64,000 nucleotides of DNA. Origin: Azolla caroliniana. Its lineage: Eukaryota; Plantae; Polypodiophyta. Made by a program: the position numbers and the translations under genes. Shown here piece by piece: positions 1 to 9,500 of the stretch (within the stretch, counting starts at the first letter, position 1; every line of letters starts with the position of its first letter). The DNA is taken from contig JBHGNT010000007.1 in the NCBI GenBank assembly GCA_043228905.1, forward strand, positions 16,802,001 to 16,866,000. Reading direction: 5' to 3'. The notes beneath the pieces were generated by a model. It was not told where the DNA came from. It searched no databases and saw only the letters and a program-made list of their open reading frames with translations.

Positions 1-2
1 GC

Positions 3-2060
3 ACCGGCGCCCTCGATAGAGCTATTGAGGCGGTCGTCGGAACGATCGGTCGATTCACCGGAAAGGATGCCACGAAGTACCTGGCGTCCTACGGTGCGGA
101 AATGTTAATGCGGGACATTCCGGAAGACAGGCGTCTTGCCGGTTTCCCCCGAGTGGCGATGCCGAGCATCCACGCGGAGGTGCTCGAGGTGCGGGCGGAG
201 AGCCGTACCTGGGAGGAGTTCGAAGGTCGGCTCCTGGAAAAATACGGACTGGACGACGCGCTCCGGCTTTCGAAGCGAAGCTTCATGGAGTGGGTGGAGT
301 CTCCCGGGAAGGGAAGGAATGCGTCGGCACTCCTCCGGGAGTTCGAGGAGAACTTCGCGCGCCTTTCGGCGCTTGACAGGATGGTCCTGGATACAAGCCG
401 GGTCCTGCTGTTCATCAAATCGGTTGACGAGAGGGATCGGAGTCACGTGGGCGCCCTGCTAGAAACCGAAGACGGGCTGACAGCCGACTGGACGGCGGTC
501 AAGAGAGCCTGCGGCCGTTTCGACAAACGGCGAGAATGGGAGGATGACGGAGCAACCGGGTCGGGCTCAGTCGCGGCGAGGAAACTCGAGCCGGCGCAGC
601 CGGTGCGAAGGGAAGAGACTCGGGAGTGGCTGGAATCCGGTTCAGCTCCGACCGGCGTGATCAGAGGCTCGACTGGAGGAGCTGCGTTGGAGGAGCTGAC
701 GAGGGCGATAAAAGACCTCCAAATCGCACAAGCCCGCAGAGAAGGCGGAGAACCTGCTCGTGACCGACGGCCGGCGGCAGGGAACAGGTGCATGTGGTGC
801 GACGGGGTCGGCCACATCCGAAAAGACTGCGGCGATTTCGCAGAGGCGCTGAGGAACCGGGTGGTGTACCTATGGGAAGGTCGGGTTCACGCCAACGACA
901 CGAGAAGGGCCCTAAACCGAAACGACGGGCGAGGCGGAATGAAGAGGTTGATGGAAGAGGCGGCGGCCCGACATGCGGAAACCGTCCACTACTCGGCGTC
1001 GGCCGGTATTCGAGTCGGGGGCGGCGAGGCCCGAAAGGAAAGCAAAGCCGGATTCTGGCCGACGATGCTGGAAGGCCTTGCCGGTGCAGGGCTTAAAAGG
1101 GAGGAATCGGACCGTGCGGAGAAACGGATACGGGAGATGACCGGGTGGAGCGACCCGGTCGAGGAAAAGACGGGCTTCGTGGAAGCCGCTTGCCGGAACT
1201 ACGAGGCTCTGGTAGAAGAGAAGCGGGTGGGGAAAACCGGGACGACCGGGCCCTCACAACGATACGAGACCCGGTCCGGACCACGACGGGACGAAGCCGG
1301 CGGGGCCGGTACGCAAGATAAACCCCAGAAGGGCGGGTACCGTCTGGGGACGGAGATAGAAAGAACCACGGACTTACGAAAGGTCCTGGAGGAACGGATC
1401 CTCGACAGCAAGGTGGAGCTGTCGCTACGGGAGGTGCTGGGAATCGCCAAGAAGGAGTTCCACGACTCCATCGTGGACTTGGTGAAACGGAAGAGGCTGT
1501 CAACGGAGACAGAACCGGAAAGACCGGTGGAAGTGCGGACGACGCACCTAGACGACATGGCGCTGGGGGACGAGTGGGCGGAAAGCCACTATTCGAGACC
1601 GCACTGGGCCCGAGCGACCACGGAAACCCCGGTGAAGATCGGCGATGTCCAGGAACCGGTGATAGCTTTGGTGGACCACGGATCGGAGATCAATTTGATG
1701 TCCATGGACTTCTATAAGAAGGGCAAATGGCCGATCAACACCAAGCACGGGTGGAAAATAAGGGCAGCAACGCGCGCCACCGAGGAACTGCACGGGGCCT
1801 GTCCGAATGTGCGAGTCAAGATCGGCGACGTCGAGATTGACCAGCACTTCTTCGTGCAGGAGACGTCTTCGCATCCGGTCATACTGGGAGAGCCGTACAT
1901 CACGGCGGCGCGGATGGAGACCAAAGTGTTGGACAATGGTTCGGCCTACGCGAGGGTCAAAAGCCAAGACGGGCGCCATTCGGTCCAGTTTCTGACGGTA
2001 CGGCCGAACCACGAACGTAACCGCGACTCCCTCGGTTCCGATAACCGAGAGGATTTTTAG
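3..2060 (+). CDS. gag: Gag-protease ORF of element A (5'-partial)
   Basis: Frame open from nt 3 (TGALDRAIEAVVGTIGRFTGKDAT...); CCHC knuckle CMWCDGVGHIRKDC; aspartic-protease-like ALVDHGSEINL and VILGEPY motifs. Confidence 0.9.
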   Translation, partial: TGALDRAIEAVVGTIGRFTGKDATKYLASYGAEMLMRDIPEDRRLAGFPRVAMPSIHAEVLEVRAESRTWEEFEGRLLEKYGLDDALRLSKRSFMEWVESPGKGRNASALLREFEENFARLSALDRMVLDTSRVLLFIKSVDERDRSHVGALLETEDGLTADWTAVKRACGRFDKRREWEDDGATGSGSVAARKLEPAQPVRREETREWLESGSAPTGVIRGSTGGAALEELTRAIKDLQIAQARREGGEPARDRRPAAGNRCMWCDGVGHIRKDCGDFAEALRNRVVYLWEGRVHANDTRRALNRNDGRGGMKRLMEEAAARHAETVHYSASAGIRVGGGEARKESKAGFWPTMLEGLAGAGLKREESDRAEKRIREMTGWSDPVEEKTGFVEAACRNYEALVEEKRVGKTGTTGPSQRYETRSGPRRDEAGGAGTQDKPQKGGYRLGTEIERTTDLRKVLEERILDSKVELSLREVLGIAKKEFHDSIVDLVKRKRLSTETEPERPVEVRTTHLDDMALGDEWAESHYSRPHWARATTETPVKIGDVQEPVIALVDHGSEINLMSMDFYKKGKWPINTKHGWKIRAATRATEELHGACPNVRVKIGDVEIDQHFFVQETSSHPVILGEPYITAARMETKVLDNGSAYARVKSQDGRHSVQFLTVRPNHERNRDSLGSDNREDF

Positions 2061-4375
2061 AGAGGGCTGCCAAGGCGTGGGGCCGCGACAGTCCGGACAC
2101 CCCGGGAAAACCCCACACCTGTACGATAAAACCGAAGAAACCTTGTACCATAGGAAGGGAATTTTTGTTCTCCGACAGCGGAGCGTGTGCGATGGTCGGC
2201 ATCGCCGGCCGAGAGAAAACAAAGACGGAGGCGAGACTTCGAGCGTGCGGAGTTCTCGGCCCGGACGAGGAAATCAACGGAGCCGTGGAGGCGGTCTCAT
2301 TCGACGACACCTTGGGAATGCTGGGAAAGGTAGTCGAAGAAGGCCTTAACGAAGACCGGACGATACCGGTGTGTTCCGAGGAGATGTACGAAGTCATCGC
2401 GGACTTCGGTCGAGGGCTCGAGTCGGTTCGGACGGCCCACGTAAGCACCAAGTACAAGACTGTGGACCGGAAGGTAAGGCCAGTCGCGGCACCCTTACCG
2501 GAGGACAGCGCGTCGAGAATCAAAGGGGTTGCATCGGACCCTAGTCTACGAGATCCGGCCTGCATAGGGCACACCTTCACCGACGAGACGCTCCGAGAGC
2601 TCAAAATCGGTGGGGGCGGGTTCCTACTGCCGGCGGAGGAAGACCGGTTTCGGAGGATGCTCGGAAGGCACGGGAAAGCCTTCGCATTCTCACCGGAAGA
2701 AATCGGGTGCGTAGACCCGACGATCGTGGAGCCGATGGTGATATTCACGGTACCGCATGTACCGTGGAATCTCAAGCCAATTCCGGTTCCGAGAGCTCAC
2801 ATCCCGAAGTTGATGGAGCTGTTGAAGCAGAAAGTTGATATGGGCATTCTCGAGCCGTCGAGCGCCCCGTACTCGAACCGGTGGTTTACCGTGCCCAAGA
2901 AAAACGGATCGTTGCGCTTCATTCAGGACCTGCAACCGGTCAATAGGGTGACCATTCGGAACGCAGGGATCGGACCGACCATAGACGAGTTCGCGGAGGC
3001 CTTCGCCGGAAGGACAATTTACTCGGTCGGGGATCTATACTCAGGGTACGACCAGTTCCAGCTAGTCGTGGAGAGCAGAGACATTACGACGATGCGAACT
3101 CCCCTCGGCCTAGTTCGGATGTGTACACTGCCGCAAGGAGGGACCAACTCGGTGGCCCACATGGTGAATGCGATGAACAAGGTTCTGAGGGACTGTATCC
3201 CGGACATCACCATGCCGTTTCTGGACGACATCCCGATCAAGGGATGCCCGGTGGAAGAAAAGGACGAGACGATCGGGCCGGACGGATGCCGGCGATTCGT
3301 GGCGACGCACATCGACGACTGCGAGAAGGTGCTGCAAAGGCTAGAGGATGCGAGACTCACCTTCTCCGGGGAGAAGTCGGCCTTCGGGCAGTCAGAAATC
3401 ATGGTGGTCGGACACCTGTGCGGACCATATGGCCGGAAACCGTCTCCGGCAAAGGTAGAAGCCATCTCCGCGATGAAGCCCGACTGCAGCTCGGTCACGG
3501 AAGTACGGAGATTCCTGGGGGCATGCGCGTTCTACCACATATGGATCCCGCATTACGCACACCTCGCAGAGCCACTGTACGGGTTGCTGAAAAGGGGGCG
3601 AAGGTTCGAATGGCTAGACGAGCACGCGGAATCGGTCCGGAAGCTGAAAGAGGCCCTTGCAGCGGCACCGGCACTCCGGAAGGCGGTATACGGGAAGGGT
3701 ACCCCGGTATTCATAACGGTGGATACCAGTCCGACCGGGATCGGATGGGTCGTGAACCAGGAAGACGAGGACGGCAATCGGTTTCCGATCCGATTCGGCG
3801 CGAAAGTCCTCAGTAAACGGCAACGAGGATACGCCCAGGTTAAACGCGAACTCTGGGGTATTGTTTCGGCGGTTAAGGCCGACAAAGACTACCTGATAGG
3901 GACAGAAGTGATCATCGAGACGGATTGCCTGCCGATTCTCGGTATGGTTTCCGGATGCGCGACTCCGGACCTGGCGATGCTCAGGTGGATAGCGTACATC
4001 AAGTCCCTGGACCCGGAAATACGACACGTTTCCGGGAAAGACAACGCCATGGCCGACATGCTTTCGAGGGCGAAGTTCGACGACGAGGGCGGCATGGTTT
4101 CGGAAGACGAAGAAGTCGGCGTGGATTTCTTCGAGGCGGCATACATAACGACCGACGGGATGAGCACTCCGGCGCTTAACGAGTTTGACGCGAGCAAGTA
4201 CGACGGGGAGTGGCTGCAGATCGGCGGGTTTTTGAAGACAATGACGCCCGATGCGTCATGGACGAAGGACGAGGCCAACCGGATCCGGAAGAAAGCATAT
4301 CGATTCTTTCTCCGAGATGGGCATTTGTGGAGGCACCCGAGAGGAACGGCGTCCCGCTCCGGGTGGTGGCGATGA
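2051..4375 (+). CDS. pol: Pol (RT + RNase H) in the -1 frame relative to gag
   Basis: Frame open from the GGATTTT heptamer at 2051; RT motifs DLYSGYDQF, TLPQGGTNS, FLDDI; RNase H motifs VDTSPTGIG, ELWGI, ETDC, NAMADMLSR. Confidence 0.9.
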   Translation, partial: GFLERAAKAWGRDSPDTPGKPHTCTIKPKKPCTIGREFLFSDSGACAMVGIAGREKTKTEARLRACGVLGPDEEINGAVEAVSFDDTLGMLGKVVEEGLNEDRTIPVCSEEMYEVIADFGRGLESVRTAHVSTKYKTVDRKVRPVAAPLPEDSASRIKGVASDPSLRDPACIGHTFTDETLRELKIGGGGFLLPAEEDRFRRMLGRHGKAFAFSPEEIGCVDPTIVEPMVIFTVPHVPWNLKPIPVPRAHIPKLMELLKQKVDMGILEPSSAPYSNRWFTVPKKNGSLRFIQDLQPVNRVTIRNAGIGPTIDEFAEAFAGRTIYSVGDLYSGYDQFQLVVESRDITTMRTPLGLVRMCTLPQGGTNSVAHMVNAMNKVLRDCIPDITMPFLDDIPIKGCPVEEKDETIGPDGCRRFVATHIDDCEKVLQRLEDARLTFSGEKSAFGQSEIMVVGHLCGPYGRKPSPAKVEAISAMKPDCSSVTEVRRFLGACAFYHIWIPHYAHLAEPLYGLLKRGRRFEWLDEHAESVRKLKEALAAAPALRKAVYGKGTPVFITVDTSPTGIGWVVNQEDEDGNRFPIRFGAKVLSKRQRGYAQVKRELWGIVSAVKADKDYLIGTEVIIETDCLPILGMVSGCATPDLAMLRWIAYIKSLDPEIRHVSGKDNAMADMLSRAKFDDEGGMVSEDEEVGVDFFEAAYITTDGMSTPALNEFDASKYDGEWLQIGGFLKTMTPDASWTKDEANRIRKKAYRFFLRDGHLWRHPRGTASRSGWWR

Positions 4376-5544
4376 AGGAAGAACAGGAGGAGCTACTGGC
4401 GGCCTACCACGACAGCCCTTGGGCTGGACACCGTGGAACGTGGGCGACGTTTGAGAAGCTGAAGGGGAAGTACTGGTGGCCAGGATTGTACCGGGACGTG
4501 CATCGGTTCGTGTCAACTTGCGAGAGTTGTCAGATGCACTCGATAGTCCGACACCGGGACGGGCTTCACCCTACGTACCCTCCGACTATCCACTTCAAAT
4601 GGATGGTAGATCTGGTGACGATGCCGATGGGGGTAGGACAGATGCGGTATCTGGTGCTAGCGCGGGAAGACCTGACGAACCAGGTGGAAGGCCGAGCCCT
4701 TCAGAACAAGACGACCACGGCCGTGTGTCGGTTCCTGATCGAGGACGTGATATGCCGGTACGGGTGCGTCGGGAAGATCGTGGCTGACCGAGGGGAGTTG
4801 GACGCCGAGGAAGCCGCGGAGCTGTTCGATCGGCTGGGAGTCAAACTCTCGCTCACCACTGCGTACAACCCGGAGGCGAATGGAAAGGTGGAGCGCGGAC
4901 ACGGGCCGATCGTTAAGGCGCTGGTTCGGGCATGCGGAGGCCAAGTCGGCAACTGGCCGCGACTTCTACCTTATGCTTTGTGGGCAGACCGGACCACGCA
5001 CAGTTCGGTAACCGGGTACATGCCGACGGAGCTCATGTTCGGCCAGAAGCCGATCATGCCGATTGAACGGACGATCTCCTCGTGGGCAACGGTCGATTGG
5101 AGGGACGAGATGAGCCGGGAGGAGTTGTTGGCCGCACGTATACGACAGCTCGAGCGGAGACCGGAGGACGTGGCACTGGCTACGGAGAAGCTCCGGGTGG
5201 CGAGGACAAAGAACAAAGCCCGGTTCGACCGAACGCACCGGCTACGACCGAAGAAAATCGACGAAGGTGACTGGGTGCTCGTCTACGACAGCAGCCTCGA
5301 CCACCAGCACCGAGCAACGCGGAAGTTCGCGCGGAGATGGTTCGGGCCGTACACGGTGCAGAGCGCCAACGACAACGGGACGTATCATCTGGCGGAACTC
5401 GACGGTACAAGAATAGCGGTACCCGTGGCCGGGAAGAGGATCAAAGCTTTCAAGAAGCGGCACGACGACGAACCCGACCCGATTCTCCTGGACAGCAGCG
5501 ACGACCGATCCGAGGCCGAGGAAGGGCCGACAGGCGAAGAGTAA
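4340..5544 (+). CDS. Integrase of element A, separated from RT-RH by a 1-nt frameshift near 4340
   Basis: HHCC (YHDSPWAGH...CESC), DDE core (MVDLV, VADRGE, GKVERGH), GPY/F motif RWFGPY. Confidence 0.88.
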
Positions 5545-5616
5545 AGGAGGGCCGGTTTTCTCCGTGCCAACTTAACTTGGCGCATGCCGGTGGATGCGCG
5601 GTTAGGTGGGGGCGGA

Positions 5617-5775
5617 TGTCGTGAAGAAAACCGCCCACAAGAGGAATCGGAGGAACAAGGCGTGGGAAACGGCTCTACACACACACGCGCGCCAAGAAGT
5701 ACCTAAGGACGAAGTAGGTACATACGAGGATCCTAGGAGGGCAGATTCGGTTGGTATGCAGTTAATGCCAAACGG
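5617..5775 (+). repeat. Left part (U3) of element A 3' LTR
   Basis: TG start directly after the PPT; interrupted at ACGG by element B. Confidence 0.85.
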
Positions 5776-6463
5776 TGTCGTGAAGATTTTCGTCCATAGG
5801 CGGAAACCCGAGCGAAGCAAGCAAACCCGCGATGTGCAACGTTGCACATCACCATGTTGTATTTCTATTTATCGATAGTGATAAGTATGGTGCTAGAAAT
5901 GCACCTTAGGATTTGTAAAGTGTAAAGGTGATGTGCTTTTGCGCGCACATTCACGTGAGAGAGAGAGAGATAGGTACATAGTAGTTCGTGTAGAGATGGG
6001 AGTTAAGACCCATCCTTCCCACCTCCCCTAAAATCAAGGGAAATATCCCCATTGATTGAAAGGGGATATTTTGTAGCACCTTTATGTAACGGTCTTCCCT
6101 CCTTGTGCTATAAAGGGAGAGGAAGAGCACCATTGTGGGGGTTGCCTTATTTTGAGTGTGAGTGAGGTATACCATTTCGTTTTAGGGTTTCGGGTTCCTT
6201 AGTTAGGGTTTCTTTCCTTCTTCGTCGGATTAGGGTTTTGGGTTTATCATAGTCGTTTGGTGCGGCCTACGCGGCCGCCATTTTGTAATCGGTTTTCGGT
6301 TCTAATATATATTGTTGAGCATTTGGCCTCCATCTTCCTCTTGTTCATTCTTTCTCTTCTTGTGCTAAGCTCCATTCCGAAGTCCTATTCCTTCTCCCCT
6401 TCTCCTTAGTCCAAGACCCCCGTGGTTCCGCCCTTCTCCACGCACGCGCGTAACAACGCGACA
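5776..6463 (+). repeat. Element B 5' LTR
   Basis: Direct repeat of 10166-10853; TATAAA at 6109-6114. Confidence 0.95.
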
Positions 6464-6467
6464 TCTT

Positions 6468-6485
6468 TGGTGAACCCGACGTGAA
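6468..6485 (+). promoter_or_regulatory. Primer-binding site, tRNA-Trp
   Basis: TGGTGAACCCGACGTGAA after a 4-nt spacer; complementary to the plant cytosolic tRNA-Trp 3' end as recalled (...TTCACGTCGGGTTCACCA). Confidence 0.85.
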
Positions 6486-6505
6486 AGGCGGCAAGGGAGA
6501 AAGAG

Positions 6506-9500
6506 ATGGAGGAAGGCTTCGACTTCGAGGAAATGATGACAAAGATCTTGATGGACGCCGGACGGAAGAGGGCGAGGCGAGAGGCGGCTCAACAAGCGGT
6601 CGAAAGGGTGGTCCGTCTAGTCGGCCGGTTCGATGGGAAGGAGGTCCCAAAATTTTTGAGAGCCTACGATGCGGAAATGACGAGGATGGGCGTGGACGAG
6701 GCGACGAGGCTAGAGTTCTTTCGTCGAGCGGCGGCCGCATCAAAGTACGAGGAGGTCAAGGAGCTCCAAGAAGCTCACGAATCGTGGGAGTCCTTTGAAG
6801 GGGCTCTAATGGAGGCATACGGGTGCGCGGAATCGGAGGTAAGAGGTCGGCGAGAGTTCGATCGGTGGGTGGCGTCGGCGAGGCGCCATCGGAGCGCAAT
6901 AGAGGCATTCAGAGAGTTCGAGCGTCGTTTCTCTCAACTCTCGGAGTGGGAACGAAGATCGGTGGGGGCGGACAAAGTCCTCCTATTTTTGGAGACGGTC
7001 CATCATGAGGAGAGGACGGACATCATGTTCGAGCTTCAAGACGATTATGGGGCGCATGGTCTCACCGAGGAGTGGCCCGAAGTGGAATGGGTGTGTCGGC
7101 AACATGAGGCGAGGCGGTCGGCCACAACACGGCCCGCGAGCGGGGGAGAAGAGAGAGCGACGACCGACTACGCCATGCCGCCGGACGAGAGCTCATCGCG
7201 AACCGGTTTGGAGGGGCTCGACCTACAAGCGCTAATACGGGAGGCGTGCGGGCTCGTAATGGCGAAAATCGAAGCCGAAGAATGGCTTATTGCGGGGTCG
7301 GGCCCGAGCGGATCGGAGGACGCGGAGGAAGGAGCTTCCTCACACATGGAGGACGGGGCCTATGCGGAGGCCGAAAGAGAATGGTACATCGGTACCACGG
7401 GAGAGGGTGCGGAGCGAACCGCCCTCTCGACATGGGGAAAAAGAACGGCCATGGACGAGGCCGATATCTACGGAGCGATGGACGCCACTTCGAGAGTGGG
7501 CGGAAGTTTCGGGACGCGGTTGCACGAAACGTTCTACGAGGATTTCGCGAGCATACTCGAGGCTTGCGAAATGGAGGAGGAAGAGGAGACGAGCGTCGGT
7601 GTCGCGACCTTCCACACACCGGCCCTAGAGGCTTCGGCGGTCGGCCCGAGTGCCGGCACGAGACCTAGAGCTACGGACGGTGGCGGCGGCAAGGCGGACA
7701 ACCGAAATGAGGACGAGACCGGCGAAGAAGAGGCGGCGGCAAGCATACTCGATGCTTGCGAAACCGAAGACGGGGTAGCCACGGACGACGATGTCCGAAT
7801 GGAGGTGGCTACGGACGAGAGGAGTGGTGGTGTCGCGACCTTCCACACACCGGTCCTAGAGACTCCGGCACCCGGCCCGAGAGCCGGCGAAAGGCCTAGA
7901 GTGACGGACGGTGGCGGCGGCAAGGGGGGCAACCGAAACGACGACGACATGGGAGAGGGTGCGGAGCGAGCAACCCTCTCATCTTGCGGCGAATGGACGG
8001 CCAAGGATGAGGCCGGTGACTACAAAGCGGAGAGTGCCACTTCGAAAGTGGGCGGAAGATTCGGGGCACGGCGGCCCAAAACATCGAGCGGAGAGGAGGC
8101 GAGCGGTGGTGCCGCGACCTTCCACACACCGGCCCTAGAGGCTTCAGCGGTCGGCCCGAGTGCCGGCACGAGACCTAGAACGACGGGCGGTGGTGGCGGC
8201 AAGGCGGGCAAACAAAATGACGCGGAGAACGGCGAAGAAGAGGTGGTGGCAAGCATACTAGAGGCTTACGGAATCGGAGATGGGGGAGCCGCGGACAACG
8301 ACGTCCGAACGAAAGCGGCTACGGAGACAACAAGCGGCGGTGCCGGGTCCTTACCCACACCAATCCTAGAGGCTCCAATGGCCGGACCGAGTGCCGGCAT
8401 AAGGCTTAGTGCGACGGGAGGCGACGGCGGCAAGGCGGGCAACGGAAACGAGAAGGAAGATTGGAGCGGACGGAGGCAAGACCCCTTGACACCGGGGCCG
8501 GAGACTTCGGCGGTTGTGCTCGAATGCCAACGTGAGACCGGAGAGATGGGCGGTGACCGTGAGAAGGTGAGGCCCGGAGAGAGCGCATACGAAGACGAGT
8601 ATGCGGGGCCCGGAATGGGCGTATACGGTGGGTCCGACGGAGAGGACCGGAGCGGAAACGAGGAGAGAGTCGGGAACCGACCCGACCGGAATACGGCACG
8701 GAAGAGGAAGAGAGTAAGGGCCGGCGAACCGGGCCCAAACCGAAGGAAGCCGGCTAGACCGATTGGCCGGTTACGGTTGCGGTTACGGTTACGATGGGAG
8801 CCGGTAAGCGCGAGATGGAGGCTAACCGGGCACGACGACCATGGTTCGGGGGAAAAACGGAAACAAACGAGACCCTCCATACCCACTCTAGAGGCTACGG
8901 CGGTTGCGGATCAACATAAGACCGGAGAGACAGCGGGTGGCGGCGAGGAGTCGGAGGCCGGAGCGTACGAGGTTACCGGAACGGATATCCGGTACGAGAT
9001 GGTGGACGGGTGGGTCCAAGACGGCGAGCCCGTGTCGGAACGGGCTACGGCGACAAAGGAGGAGAAGACCGACACGGAGGTCGGATCTACGGCGGAAGAG
9101 CGAGACGAGATGCATGCAATACGGCCGATGGAGGGCCAAGAGACAAGCATGCCTACGAAGGAGCCACATCGAGCGACCGAAGATGACGGTCGGATCACGC
9201 CTTCGAGAGGCGAATACGAGGAGGAAGGCGGCGACGACAAGACCTGGCACGATGCTAGGGAAGATTGGTGGGAAGAGGTGGCCTACGGAGAGGCTAAGAC
9301 CGGCGGCCACGAAGATAAGGCCCGAGAGGGATCCTCCACACCGGCTATAGAGACTCCGGCGGTCGGCGCGAGTGCCGACGTGAGACCAAGAGTGGCGGAC
9401 GGTGGCGGCGAGGGGACGAAGGCCACAACGGATGAAGGCACCGAGAGAGGCATACGGGAGGTCGCGGAGAACGAAGATGTATGCGCCCAAAAGAACGAAC

